Positions 13,403-25,924 of a DNA stretch of 64,000 bases are shown in pieces. Where the stretch lies: contig NC_045138.2 of NCBI RefSeq assembly GCF_008831285.2, positions 29,450,001 through 29,514,000 of the forward strand. The letters are read 5' to 3'. The DNA comes from Nymphaea colorata. Its lineage: Eukaryota. Both the position numbers and the translations under genes were made by a program. Positions within the stretch are counted from its first letter, which is position 1. Every line of letters starts with the position of its first letter. Under the pieces are notes generated by a model that saw only the letters and a list, made by a program, of their open reading frames with translations, was not told where the DNA came from and made no database searches.

Positions 13403-13948
13403 TTTATGAGGACACAGCTGTACTGCTTGAGCTTGTAAGGGAAGATGGAGCTCATCTTAGAAAGAGTTCTAGTGGACTGTGAGGACACCCCTCTCCACAT
13501 AGCAGCCATGCGGGGACATGTTGAATTTGCAAAGTTGGTTCTGCAGTTAATGCCGCGGTTTGCTACCTACAATCATCGATCGGAACGGGCTCTCCCCATT
13601 GCACTTGGTCATGCAAGAGGGAAAGCAGAGATAGCTAGAGTATCCTCAGAGTGGAGACCGGCCTTTGCTTTCTCAAAGACAAAGATTGCAAAAATCCTTT
13701 ACGCGTAGCGGCCATCAAGGGCTTCATACAAGTGGTAGAACAGATCCTAGCGGCCAACCCCAAGTGCCTGCCTGAGGTGACTCCCCAAGAAGGCACGGTC
13801 CTGCACTTGACTATCCGCAATAATAGGGTGGAACTACTGAGGTTCTTCTTGGGTAGGGAAGACAGCGGGAAACTTGTGAGCAAAAGGGACTATCATGGCA
13901 ATACAATCTCGGATTTGGATTCAAAAATCAAAAGGCAACAACTCTGAG
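13403..13948 (+). pseudogene. ANK-PGG copy B: ankyrin exon, start lost, frameshifted
   Basis: TPLHIAAMRGHVEFAK, KNPLRVAAIKG and TVLHLTIRNNRVELL fall in different frames. GT donor at 13949. The ATG region present in copy E is deleted. No PGG exon follows before the next ankyrin copy. Confidence 0.85.
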
Positions 13949-14049
13949 GTAGCTGCAGCCTCCCATAGTACATGGTGAGTTTGGTTGGTGTGAACGAGAG
14001 ACTAGGGGCTTTGAGCTAAGTTAGACATAGCTGGTCTCTGATTTCTCTG

Positions 14050-14700
14050 GACTTGGATATTTCTTTTTTACAAGATCTGATCTTCATTCAACTTATCTTT
14101 GTCATCAAGCAATTCAGTACACAACCCTTCAACACTTTCAACATGTTCCTTATCTTTATCTTCACACTACACTATAAGCCAATTTCCCTGAGATTGAACT
14201 TGATTTTGCGAAACTCAATTGTTGGCCCGGAGAGAGCTTTTGTGAGTATCAGTTCGATTCACTGATTTTATGAACGGACTCTCTACTTTTCTGTTTGACA
14301 GCCATTTCTTTGACGAAAGCATGCATGAAACACCAGATCACTTTCAGCAAGATATTTACCTCTGTGTAGGATGGAGGATAGAAGATCATCAATTTCAAGA
14401 TTAGGTATAAGATGAGATCAATAATTCTGTCAGTAATTTGGCCAAGATAAGAAACTTATCAGTTTCTGTCAATTGGTTTTTGCAACATACTAATATTCAG
14501 ACATGTTGACAAAACAAGCGTCAACAAGTTTTTGCCTTGGGAATCAATTTTTTTGTGTTTGTATTTTCAAATATTTTAGTGGTAGTATATATGAACTATA
14601 ACTATTGAGAGTCAATTTCAGCTTGATATAATTTAATTAAAACTATTCAAATTTACATGCACGGTTTGCTTGGTTAAATGTTCTGAAATCAGGAAATACA
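14050..14700. repeat. Block duplicated at ~42080-42980
   Basis: Shared CAAGATCTGATCTTCATT..ACTTATC, GAGATTGAACT.GATTTTG and ATTCAAATTTACATGCACGG in the same order. Confidence 0.8.
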
Positions 14701-15229
14701 AGCGACTTTTTTTTTTTTTTGAGGAATTGGGTAAAATCCTGGGCCTGTTAATTTTTAACACCATGACAAAAGGTGCTAGGGTCGTAAAGAAAAAAAAGAA
14801 AAAAGTATTGAAACAATGGCATTGTGAACTGCGTGTTTTGCTGCTTCTCAGTGTGCCAAAACTGTCTAAGATAATGTCCATGCATGTGTAAATGGAAAAA
14901 GTAAAAGAAAACAAAATGAAGAAATGTAACAGTTGAATTGCTTCAAACGGCATGTTTAAGATGATAAGGAGAATTGGAAAGAGGTAAAATAAAGAAGAAA
15001 ACTTGAGAATAAAAAAAAAAAAAAAAAAAAGCCGACATCGCCCATTCTTTGATGCAGCCATCGACCAAACAACATCAAAGCCACGTACTTCTGAGACCAT
15101 TCAGATGGGGGTAGGCTCCAAATATTATTGGCACATTAACAAATGACAGAGAATGAGAATAGATCATGAGGTGAAGGACAGAGTCACTCCCTCCCCTTTC
15201 AAACCGAAGAGGCTAAGAATAACAATGAC

Positions 15230-15790
15230 GACTCACAGGGCACCGCCTGCAAATAAACGTTGCTTACAAGTCGAAAGCGAACTTGTATACCCCTTTTTCT
15301 AACAAAGCCTAATTCTCATCAATCGCTTTCCGCAAGCTTCTGATCCTTTTCCCCACATCACCTAAAAAGCTTTTACGCTAATGAGCAACGGCTCATCTCA
15401 CACGCTCCAACTTCAAAGAAAGAAACCTGAATCCGGGGACAACCATCACCCGTGTTTCTCTAGGCATCTATAATCGCCACAATACAACATTCCTTCTGAC
15501 CGGCCGCAATGACTAAAATATCGGAAACAATGAGAAAATTTAGCCTTCCTATTTTGAGCAAAGTGAGCATGGATTAGAAGAGGGCAATGGTCAGACGTAG
15601 GTCCTGCTGCATGATCTCCTTAGGTGGGCACTTCAGCTACTTAATGGTCATGCTTTCTTTTTAAAAGCAATGATCTCTCTACACATTAGGGAGGACATTT
15701 TAACCCTAACTTTGACGGGTGAGCTGCACCCCACCTTCTCAATGTCTTTCACTAGAATCTTAAATACACGTACGCCCCACCTTCTTATCC
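15230..15790 (-). mobile_element. LINE (L1-like) endonuclease-region remnant
   Basis: Minus-strand TSDHCP motif near 15580-15600. Nucleotide similarity to 46750-47100. Confidence 0.55.
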
Positions 15791-16054
15791 GGTGACGACC
15801 CAAGGTATCGGACATATGCGCGGTAGAAATCTTGCTTGGCCGCTTTATGAGCCGTCAGAGAAATTCGATAGGGCACCGGCTGGCTTGGAGCTGCCGACTT
15901 TCTAATTCATGGAGCTCACGAAGAATAATCGAGTTTAAACTCTAGATTAAACCGAACATCTCAGGTGGCTACGTTATTTTGATATACAGTGATGAGCTGT
16001 CTCACTAAGCAAATTCAAAGTCTTCTTCAAATATAATGACATCATGCCAATATA

Positions 16055-16486
16055 GGAAAGGGCAGAAAGAGGGAGCAGCTTTACACGAGAGAGAAGCAAG
16101 CTGCGTCTAGGGCAGCGTGAGAGAGAGTCAAGGACGGCAGGAAAGAGAGTGTGTAAAGATCGAGAGAGGGAGGGAGAGAAAGATGGAAACTTTCTTCTTC
16201 TCTTTTGGCGTTAACTTCTCAACATATCATTTTAGTAAAAGAAGGCTAACATTTAAAGAGAATAAAAAAAACTGAAAAACTTAACGAGTAAGTTTAGCAA
16301 CTCGTAAATCGTGCTTTCTCACTATCCCTCCCCTTCAACTTTTTCAGGTTCTGTCATTTTCACACACTTTCTCTTGTTTCCACTTTTCACTCCTTCACGC
16401 ACTCACGTTTTTTTTTTTTTTCTCTTTTTTTTCCACGAGCTCCACACGTTCTCACGAGCTCCTCCACTTCAGGAGTTAGAGCAACA
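16055..16486 (-). repeat. 3' LTR of minus-strand copia (terminal ~85 bp missing)
   Basis: Matches ~20868-21348. The TGTTGGCG... end seen at 20781 is absent. Confidence 0.9.
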
Positions 16487-16495
16487 ATCTCCCCC

Positions 16496-19400
16496 CTAAT
16501 CCTGATGTGGCCCGAGCTCTCGAACACCAAGTACGTGTCGCATTGTTGCCAACTTTGTCGCTGGTAATGCCTTTGTCATAAGATCCGCTCGTTGTTCATC
16601 TGTGCGTACAAAATCCACAATAATATGTCCTCTTTCGACACATTCTCGAATGAAATGGAACTTTGTATCAATGTGTTTACTACGTCCATGAAAAACTGGG
16701 TTCTTCATCAGTGCGATTGCGGACTTGTTGTCCACATACAACTTCACCACTTGCGGCTCTCTCCCAATCAGTTCGGCCAAGAGTCCTCTAAGCCAAAGTG
16801 CTTGACATGCTGCCGCAGTTGCTGCCATGAACTCAGCCTCGCATGAAGACAGAGCAACAGTCTTCTGCTTTTGCGAGTTCCATGAGACTAGGCTTTCATT
16901 TACATAGAATGCCATGCCTCCGGTGCTTTTCCGATCATCAACGTCGCCCGCCAGGTCACTATCCGTGAACCCGACAATGACTTCTTCTCCTTTTCCTCTG
17001 GTGTATACAAGACCGAAGTAGATTGTGCCTTTTAAATAACGCAAAATCTGCTTCACTGCTTTGTGGTGCATCACTGTCGGTCTCTCCATGAATCTACTAG
17101 CTACACCGACAGCATACGAAAGATCTGGTCTTGTGTGGAGAAGATACCTTAGACATCCGATGACTCGTCGATACTTAGTTGCATCCATCGGTTGTCCTTC
17201 GGGATCCTTGTTCAATTGTGACCTTGGTTCCATAGGAATTTTAGTAGGATTGCAATCAAACATACCAAATTGAATTAGTACCTTTTTGGCATAGGCTGCT
17301 TGTTTGATCCAGATACCGTCTTCACCTTGTTCCACCTCAATCCCAAGGTAATAGGTGAGCAGGCCGAGGTTGCTCATCTCGAACTCAACCATCATCTGCT
17401 GCTTGAATGATGCGATTGCATCCGAATCCTCCCCTGTTACAATTAGATCATCAACATAAACTCCGACGATGATACCGGTGCGGTCTTTTCCCCTCGTATA
17501 CATGGCTTGTTCAAGCGCGCACTTTGAGAACCCAAGGTGCTTCAGGCTTCGATCCAGCCGCGTGTTCCAAGCACGAGGTGCTTGTCGGAGGCCGTACAAT
17601 GCCTTGCTTAGTTTGAGCACCATATGCTCCTTGTTCTTCACCGTGAAACCTTCTGGCTGAGTTACATAAACCTCCTCCTCAAGTTCGCCATTGAGGAATG
17701 CTGATTTGACGTCGAGGTGATGAATTTGCCACCCACGGTTGGCTGCGACGGCAAGGATGACTCGCACGGTGTCGAGCCTGGCGACTGGCGCAAACACCTC
17801 ATCGAAGTCGATCCCTTGCCGTTGAACATAGCCTTTTGCGACTAATCTGGCCTTGTGCTTGATCACCTCTCCGTCTGAGTTTTTCTTTAATTTGAACACC
17901 CATTTGAGTCCGATTGCTTTGGTTCCAACCGGTAGGGTTGTCAGCGTCCAGGTTGAATTTTTTTCAATGGATTCAATCTCCTTGGCCATCGCATCCACCC
18001 ATGCCGGTTGGCCCATTGCCTCTTGGTAACACGATGGCTCCTCTATTGCCGCAAGCATGGCCTCTTCTTCGACGTCTTCATCATCGAGCTCGACATGCCG
18101 AGCGTCTCGCATGATATCGTCGATATGTCTATACCGAACGGGTCCGTCATTACTGTCTTCCATCTCCGAGGTTGCGGCAGTTTCATCCGCCAGCAATCTC
18201 TGAGCCGGCGTCACCACCGGCGTTGCTTCGCCACCCATCGGTGTCGATGAAGAAGTAGGGTAGCCTAGATCCATGGATAGCGACCTTCCTGCTTGTTCGC
18301 TTGCAACTGAGTTGTCCACTGTTGATTCATCCTCAACAGTGAAATTCGACGAATCACTGCCTCCTGCATCCATGTTCCAATTCCACTTTAATTTTTCTTC
18401 AAATTTAACATCACGACTTACATGGATTCTCCCGCGCCGCGGATCGAATAATCGGTGTGCCTTGCAGCCATCCTCGACGCCGAGATACACCATTGGCTGG
18501 CTGCGATCATCAAGCTTCTTGAGGTGTGGTGTTGTCACCATGGCATGCGCCGTGCAGCCGAATAATCGAAGATGTGCAAGATTCGGCTTCCTATGACTCC
18601 AAGCTTCATACGGGGTGCACTCGCCCATGGCCTTCGTAGGCAAGCGGTTCAACAGGTAGACTGCGTGTCGTACCGCCTCTCCCCAAAATCTTCCCGGCAT
18701 GCTCATGCTCTTGAGGAGAGATCTTGCCATCGCCATCACTGTCCTGTTCCTCCTCTCCACCACACCGTTTTGTTGTGGTGAGTATGGCGCAGTGAGGTGT
18801 CGCGCAATGCCCGCCTGTTCACACACATTGGCGAACTCAAGAGAGAGGAACTCGCCTCCACGATCGGTCCTGAGCGTCTTGACGCGATGCCCGCACGCGT
18901 TCTCGGCCAGCGCCTTGATCTTCATAAACGCTGAGCATGCCTGGTCTTTTGTTCTGATCACGCACAACCACATCCAACGAGTGAAGTCATCAACTATTAG
19001 TAAGAAATAGCTATTACCGGCAGGGGTGGGTGGCGTGATCGGGCCGCAAAGATCAGCGTGCAAGAGTTCGAGTGGCTCCTTCGCTCGATAGATGGCTGCC
19101 GACGGGAACGACTGTCTCGTCTGCTTCACCACCAAACACTCCCGACATAACTGAGCGGGATGAGAGATAGGCGGTACCCCGGTTGCCATCTTCTTGTTTA
19201 CAAGCATCTTGACGTGGCCAAGACGAGCATGCCACAACCATGCCGGATCTTCGAGGTTTGCCAAGAGACACACTGGCCTTGCAATCTGCAGCTCGATGCG
19301 ATAGAGACGATTTGGCGTGCGTCTCACCTTCATGATCAACTGCCCTGGATTTTTGACAAATACCTCTAGTTTGTCTTCATCCATAACCACCTTGTGGCCC

Positions 19401-19630
19401 ACCTCAGTGAGTTGCCCGAGACTCACAATGTTGCTGCGAAGCTTTGGAATATAATATACTTCCTGGAGCAGCCATTGATCATCATTTTTGCATTTAAAAA
19501 GAATTGAACCCTTACCCATGATCTGCACCGATGAGCCGTCGCCGAACTTCACCTTGCCGGTGATTGCCTCGTTCAACTCCCGAAACTTGACCTTGTCTCC
19601 GGTCATGTGGTTGCTGGCACCGTTATCCAA
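16496..19630 (-). CDS. pol: Copia pol (protease-integrase-RT-RNase H), 1044 aa open frame
   Basis: [92 protein letters not shown]. Confidence 0.9.
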   Translation of the reverse strand: MDNGASNHMTGDKVKFRELNEAITGKVKFGDGSSVQIMGKGSILFKCKNDDQWLLQEVYYIPKLRSNIVSLGQLTEVGHKVVMDEDKLEVFVKNPGQLIMKVRRTPNRLYRIELQIARPVCLLANLEDPAWLWHARLGHVKMLVNKKMATGVPPISHPAQLCRECLVVKQTRQSFPSAAIYRAKEPLELLHADLCGPITPPTPAGNSYFLLIVDDFTRWMWLCVIRTKDQACSAFMKIKALAENACGHRVKTLRTDRGGEFLSLEFANVCEQAGIARHLTAPYSPQQNGVVERRNRTVMAMARSLLKSMSMPGRFWGEAVRHAVYLLNRLPTKAMGECTPYEAWSHRKPNLAHLRLFGCTAHAMVTTPHLKKLDDRSQPMVYLGVEDGCKAHRLFDPRRGRIHVSRDVKFEEKLKWNWNMDAGGSDSSNFTVEDESTVDNSVASEQAGRSLSMDLGYPTSSSTPMGGEATPVVTPAQRLLADETAATSEMEDSNDGPVRYRHIDDIMRDARHVELDDEDVEEEAMLAAIEEPSCYQEAMGQPAWVDAMAKEIESIEKNSTWTLTTLPVGTKAIGLKWVFKLKKNSDGEVIKHKARLVAKGYVQRQGIDFDEVFAPVARLDTVRVILAVAANRGWQIHHLDVKSAFLNGELEEEVYVTQPEGFTVKNKEHMVLKLSKALYGLRQAPRAWNTRLDRSLKHLGFSKCALEQAMYTRGKDRTGIIVGVYVDDLIVTGEDSDAIASFKQQMMVEFEMSNLGLLTYYLGIEVEQGEDGIWIKQAAYAKKVLIQFGMFDCNPTKIPMEPRSQLNKDPEGQPMDATKYRRVIGCLRYLLHTRPDLSYAVGVASRFMERPTVMHHKAVKQILRYLKGTIYFGLVYTRGKGEEVIVGFTDSDLAGDVDDRKSTGGMAFYVNESLVSWNSQKQKTVALSSCEAEFMAATAAACQALWLRGLLAELIGREPQVVKLYVDNKSAIALMKNPVFHGRSKHIDTKFHFIRECVERGHIIVDFVRTDEQRADLMTKALPATKLATMRHVLGVRELGPHQD

Positions 19631-19633
19631 GTA

Positions 19634-20779
19634 TCAGGTGTCGGTAGTTTCTTTACCGTGCTCGGTCCCGTGCAGTTCGGGCCATACTTGCTCTTCATTC
19701 AGCAGGACGGCTTCCTGTCGTTTCTGCCATTCTTGTCTCTCAGGTGCCGCGGGCACTGCTTCTTCTAACTCTGCAAGCAACAGAGTTGGTTCGGTGTCGT
19801 CAGTTTGTGTGAGATGCGCCTCTTCCTTCTTTTTGGGAGCCTTGCACCGGTTCGCATAATTCCCCAATTCGTTGCAATTGAAGCAACGGATGTGACTCTT
19901 GTCACGACCATCGCCTCCAGAGCCACCTACTCTGTCTTTCAGTGGGAAGTCGCCTCGTCCGCCTCTCCCGCGCCCTCTACCGCGCCCGCGACCACCCCGG
20001 CTGCGAACTCCTCCTTCCCTGTGACTCGTCTCCCTTCGGGTCAACGACGGGTCGCTGCCGCTTCTCTTCTGCCGTGCCTCCCACTCAGCTTGAGTGAGAA
20101 GCAGTTGTGCATCGCCGTTGCCACCGGTACCGAATGCTCGGGGACGAGAGCGTTCTTCGTACGTCTTGAGTCGTCCCATAACCTCTTCAAACAACATTGT
20201 GTCGAGGTCGCAAAATTGCTCTATGCCCGCGATTACGCTAAGAAACCTATTTGGAACGGTGTCAAATAGCTTCTTGACTAAGGCGGCATCGCTTAGGGTG
20301 CCCTCTAAGTTGGCATACCTGACGGACATTCCGGTGAGCCTGCCCGCATATTGATCCAACGACTCTCCTTCTTGCATCCTCATGGCGTCAAAGTCACTCT
20401 TCAACGTCTGCAGGCGTGCATTCCTCACGCGATCTGCCCCGACAAATCTCGTCTTGAGGCAATCCCAAACCTCCTTCGCCGTCGCCTTCTTCGCCACTTG
20501 CATTAGGAGATCATCTGGGAGGGCTTGGAGAAGATGCGACCTCGCCTTCTTGTCCTTCCTCGTGTCAACAGCCACACCGGCCATCGGCTCGACTGCCTCC
20601 CAGACGCCTTGATCTTCCATCATGGCCTGGACCCTAATCACCCAACTGGTATAGTTGGTCACCGTAAGCAGCGGATATTGGAACGTCCCGCTGGCAATCT
20701 CCCGTGCTGCCTCGTTTGTGATGATCGACATCGGCTTGAATCGAGGGAACTTTGGCATACAACCTGGCTCTGATACCAA
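19634..20779 (-). CDS. gag: Copia gag with CCHC zinc knuckle
   Basis: YPLLTVTNYTSW, TAKEVWDCLK, an RGG tract and CFNCNELGNYANRC (His replaced). In frame with pol and separated only by TGA at 19634-19636. Confidence 0.88.
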   Translation of the reverse strand: MVSEPGCMPKFPRFKPMSIITNEAAREIASGTFQYPLLTVTNYTSWVIRVQAMMEDQGVWEAVEPMAGVAVDTRKDKKARSHLLQALPDDLLMQVAKKATAKEVWDCLKTRFVGADRVRNARLQTLKSDFDAMRMQEGESLDQYAGRLTGMSVRYANLEGTLSDAALVKKLFDTVPNRFLSVIAGIEQFCDLDTMLFEEVMGRLKTYEERSRPRAFGTGGNGDAQLLLTQAEWEARQKRSGSDPSLTRRETSHREGGVRSRGGRGRGRGRGRGGRGDFPLKDRVGGSGGDGRDKSHIRCFNCNELGNYANRCKAPKKKEEAHLTQTDDTEPTLLLAELEEAVPAAPERQEWQKRQEAVLLNEEQVWPELHGTEHGKETTDT

Positions 20780-20780
20780 A

Positions 20781-21348
20781 TGTTGGCGTTCTCCCGCTAT
20801 TTACACTCAATTCCTCTCTTTTGGCAAAATGAAGAGAGGGGACCGTAGGCTGCAACACACCAACGAGGGAAAGGGCAGAGAGAGGGAGCAGCTTTAGATA
20901 GAAGCAAGCTGCGTCTAGGGCAGCGTGAGAGAGAGAAGCAAGCTGCGTCTAGGGCAGCGTGAGAGAGAGTCAAGGACGGCAGGAGAGAGAGTGTGTAAAG
21001 AGCGAGAGAGGGAGGGAGAGAAAGATGGAAACTTTCTTCTCCTCTTTTGGCGTTAACTTCTCAACATATCATTTTAGTAAAAGAAGGCTAACATTTAAAG
21101 AGAATAAAAAAAAACTGAAAAACTTAACGAGTAAGTTTAGCAACGTTTAGCAACTCGTAAATCGCGCTTTCTCACGATCCCTCCCCTTCAACTTTTTCAG
21201 CTTCCGTCATTTTCACACACTTTCTTTTGTTTCCACTTTTCACTCCTTCACGCACTCACGTTTTTTTTTTTTTTTTTTTTTCTCTTTTTTTTTCTCACGA
21301 CCTCCACACGTTCTCACGAGCTCCTCCACTTCAGGAGTTAGAGCAACA
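20781..21348 (-). repeat. 5' LTR of minus-strand copia (568 bp)
   Basis: TGTTG...CAACA termini, 2 nt from the PBS TGGTATCAGAGCC. Confidence 0.92.
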
Positions 21349-22479
21349 TATATTACTACTTTCAATCACAAATTGGTTGGCTTCTTTGGACTTTAATACT
21401 CCTCAGTGCCAATATCTCAAAGGACAACCGCATGGTCTTGTCCAGTAAGGGAAAGACAGGTAAGACCCAAGATATCGGATGTTTGCACAGCAGAAATCTT
21501 GCATCCCAGCTTTATGAGAGCCGCCCACACTGGCCAGCTTGAAACTGCATCCCGACGTTCTAATTCATGGGCTCCACCATGAATAATTTAGTTCAAAACC
21601 TAGATTAGGCCGAATAATTGGATGAAAGAATGTGAATCTTAATACATGCTGAAAGAATATGAACTTAATGTAGACCTAAAAGAGACTCAGGTGTGCCAAT
21701 GCTCAGTCTTTATATTAGCATTGTCAGAGAAGTCTCATAATCTCATTTACTATTTTTCTACATCCCTCATCAAAAAATTCCAAAAAAACTGGTGATTTCA
21801 TTGTTGACCGCGTGCTTCTCTATCAATAGCAGCGGTGGACTCCGACAGCGGCTTTCCGGTGGACCCCGACAGCGGCTTAAAGGAAAAGTGGGACGGGATG
21901 ATGGGACACATGGTTCCACTCCAATAATAATTTCGAGGATCAAAGGTAAACTTGGGTTGTCCTCGCCTCTTTGGACTGAAGCGACTTATATATGCCACTA
22001 ATGTGCGCCAAATTTTCTTTCGAAAGATGTTCTTGGTTAACAGAAAAAAGACAACCTAGCTGAAGTCATCTTGCGGCAAATGCTGCTCACTCAAAGTGAA
22101 GGTGGAAAAAAAAAGAAGGAGCTGCCACGGAAAAAGGAAAAAAGAAAGTGTGGGGAATGGTATGTCAAGTGGTGGAAACCAAATGAGGAAGGAAAGACCA
22201 TTCCACAAAAATGTGGTGTCGTGATTCTGTATAAAGAGGCAAAGAGGATACTGGTCTTACGGTACTAGTATAAAGAGGCAAAGAGGATTCTGTATAAAGA
22301 GCTAATGTGATCATCAAAAAATGAGTTAGCAGGTGGATCTCAAGGTACTAGAGCTGATTCAAGGAGCTTATGTGATCATCAAAGAATGAGCCAAGTAAAA
22401 ACATGACACAATGAAAAGGATCAGAGAACCAAAGGAAATGACGGAATAGCCATATAAATATCTATGTTTCTGAGATTTA

Positions 22480-23640
22480 TGGTTAGATCCGTATCTCTAG
22501 AGATCCTACGATATGGATAGCTATGCCCCACCGTCGGCCGTCTGGTTCCTCTGATGAAGCTGGGAAACGAATGTCTTGAGAAAGGAGCTTTATGCACGTC
22601 TCTTTTGGAACGGATATATTTGTAATGACGTGTTTCATTTTCCAGTTTTTTATTTTATGTTGGCAGTTATGTTGGACGAGAAAATCATGTGCTGTTTTGT
22701 GTGTGGAGTCTGAACAGGCCGAACCACGTTAATCCCTTATTTCAACAGACTCCTTGCGGATGACAGAGTCAAAAGTTTTGGTTGGCCCCTTGCTAGTCGA
22801 TGCCATTTGTGCCAGAAAGAAACTGAAGACGCCAATCATATCATATGTTCCTAACCTGTATTTTTGCTAAGAGGGTATGGAGATTTTGGGAGGAGAAGGT
22901 CGACAGAAAGTTCCCTGATGCCAATGAAATCGAGGATTTCACTAAGAAATAGGTGACCTATTCGTTTAAGAGAGGTTGGCTATCTAAGATCTAGATTACG
23001 GGGCTCTCTCTAATCATTAGTTTCTCGTGGAAGAGTAGAAACGGAGCTTTCCACGAATGCCTCAAGCCAAAGCCATACGACATCTGTACAAAGATCTGGG
23101 AAGGCACTCAGTTAATCCATGTGTCTAGAAGTCAATTCCAAAAACACGCAGCGGAAACCAAGATGTGGCTGATTACATCTATGAACCCCGACCTGTGGCC
23201 TCCTCCCACTACGACGAAGCACGACCTCCATCTTCCAGTGTGTAAATTCCACACCGGTTTCAAGGTGGCTTTTGGTCTCGGTAGCACAATCGTGGGTTTC
23301 ATCTGTACATGATGACACAAATCAATTTTGTCTGCTCGTCGGCAAGACTTTTGGCCAATTTTGGACAGTATTGCCTCTGTGGTGCCTATGCTATCAGACT
23401 CTTGGTTGGTAACATGTCTTGGAGGAGAAGAATTAGACAATGGAACTACTTTATGGCTTCGTCTGAAATGCACAGGCTGAAGAATTTTCTTTCCATTAGT
23501 AACTGTTTCCTATATCTCATGTGTCGTGGATTATCCTAACTCATGATCTCCTTTTTTGTCTCTCTTTTTGTCTTTTTGTACATCTGTAATTACTTTAATT
23601 TGTGGGCAATAAAAGTAGGGGGCTTTTCCCGAGCAGGTTT
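22480..23640 (+). mobile_element. LINE (L1-like) 3' remnant (zf-RVT / RNase H-like region)
   Basis: Broken C..C...ETEDANH zinc-finger-like motif at ~22800-22840 and WPPP at ~23195, followed by a T-rich tail region. Heavily degenerate. Confidence 0.5.
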
Positions 23641-25924
23641 GCAGCGGAATGAAATAGGAGTGATCTAAGTACGGACATGGTAGAGGGCAAGGATGACTAT
23701 AGTGGCTAGATGTAGGGATGACTATAGTACAAACATAGACTACTCGAGGTTGAAACACCCCAAGAAAAGAGAGGAAAAACTACCGGAGGTTGAAACACCT
23801 CAAGAAAGAGAGAGAAGAAAAAAAAAACATTTCTAGACAATAAGTCATTTAACTATAAAAAAATAGAAAAATCAAATATATAATTTAACACCACAATAAT
23901 ACAAACAAGAAGAGTGGAAAGAAAGTGGGCAAATGGAGTAATAGTAAAAGAAAGACGACATCATAGCTGACGATGAGAATGTGCTCCTCAAGGTATTACC
24001 CTCTTCTCAAATGCAGAAAAAAAAAGAAAGAGGTGACCATATTTTATTTTCTTTTCTATGTTATTCATTGTCAATCAGAAACTAGAAACTGAGAGAATCA
24101 TAGATGGAGCAGACCTAAGGAGTTTTCAAAAATTGAAAGTGTCAATACAAATACTAAACGATAACTGAACTAGAAATAATGAAAATCTAAAAAGTAGAGA
24201 AACAAAAGTAAATAGAAAGACAGAGTGCAAAGATTTCTTTCTCATGGTTATGGAGAGAAAGAGATTGAGAGATATCGGGGCTTTTAGGAAAAAAAAAGTA
24301 GGACCAGCATTAAAGCGGACTAAAAATGGTCCTCAAGAAAAAGGGGAAATGATGGTTTTGAGCAGTGCACGATCCAGTTGCGTTACCACATAATTGCTCA
24401 CATTAAACCTCATAAAATTAGTTTAATATATATATTAATGTTATGATATATTTGATTGTTGTATATAAAAATGCTCCATCAAAAAAAATTTCTGAACCCG
24501 TGTGCCCCTCATGCTTTTCTTATTCCGATTTTGTTTTTTATTTTTATTTTTATTTTTATTTCTTTGTTAACTTTTTTATGTGATTGTTATTTTTCTTTTG
24601 CTCAAATAAATTGGTTACCATTGTCGCAACAAATGCGAATGAGTATTATATGACCAGAAGTTTCTCCGGTATAATACAACAAAGTTTGTATATTTCGACG
24701 ATAAAACAAAAAAATCTTAAATAAATTTAAAAAAAAATTAAAACATTTAAAAAGTCTTAAAAATTAAAAAAAATCATTATAAATATAAAAAAAATGTAAA
24801 AGAATATGTATAATACGAACTTTTTTACGTTTTTTATTTTCTAATATTTTTTTAAAAAATATGTTTTGTACAAATATTAATCGGCAAACTATGTTTTGAC
24901 GTAACCGTTTTTTTTGTGTTGGTTACGCATCGTCACCAACTTTTGTTTTTATTTTTAACGAACTTTCAATTTATTCTCTCCCCATTATTTTTTATGTTGT
25001 CCTCTCTCTCTCTCTCTCTCTTAAAATGTACGGGGGTCTTTCATGTGCCCACTCAAACCCAGTAAAATTTCAAAGAAAGCATGAAAGCTTCTCAACCCTC
25101 ACGTTCCCTATTTAAGAAAGGACGATGAAACGACGGAACCATCCGGCTGGAAATCCGAGTTATCAGAACGAGGGAACCATCTGGGAGTTGGCATCAGCCG
25201 GCAGCAAATCGATTTGGAGGTAACTCTCCCATCTATCGGTTGGTTTGGCCAAATATGGCTTGCGGAATCCTCCTTCTCTGGCAACCACCCGTTGCCTCTT
25301 TTCTTCTCTTCTCTCATATTGCAGGCACTGTATCTTCCTTCCCTGCGGTTTAGCAAGAGAAAAATGAGGGCCGTTTAGGAGTGGACTTACAACTAAGTCA
25401 GTAAAATACTTGCATACGGCCACCACGGGAACACCGGCACCGGAAAAGGTGATTTTTCCCCGCCCAGCAAGCGGGGTTACTCTCGCTTTTCGTTCTGCCA
25501 TCCGTCAGATCTGATTAGTGTACGTTCACCATATCTTATAACATCTGTATGTCCGCCGAATCTGACAGCGTCGTCGGCGTCGATTGCTTGCGAGTGTCGC
25601 CATTATTTATAGTTATAATACTTTTTTTTTTTTGAGGCGCTTATGTGTTAATTTGGGGTTGAGTTTTAATAACTTTAAATCCAAGACCGTATAAAAAAGT
25701 GTGTTTTAGTAGATGTTCAAATTAAACAAATTGAAGATCTTAATAACATGGGTTTTAAATACATGTTGCATGTTAAAAACGAGAGATTTAAAGTTATGAA
25801 AGGTGATTGGATCATAAATCCATGAATTTAAAGATCTTAGAATCTTAAATCATTGCAGATCAACACAGCCTTAAGGTTATTTTTGGTATATGGTCATGCA
25901 TCAATTCTCACAAGGGCTTCTCAA

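Larger units (their letters stand above)
16055..21348 (-). mobile_element. Ty1/copia LTR retrotransposon, near full length (3' LTR truncated)
   Basis: 5' LTR 20781-21348 (TG...CA), PBS-iMet at 20766-20778, gag then PR-IN-RT-RH order, PPT at ~16487-16499, 3' LTR 16055-16486. Confidence 0.95.

Noticed and set aside
16592..20897. Numerous plus-strand ORFs, and the analogous minus-strand ORFs in 29326-32827
   Set aside because: Antisense shadows of copia gag-pol.
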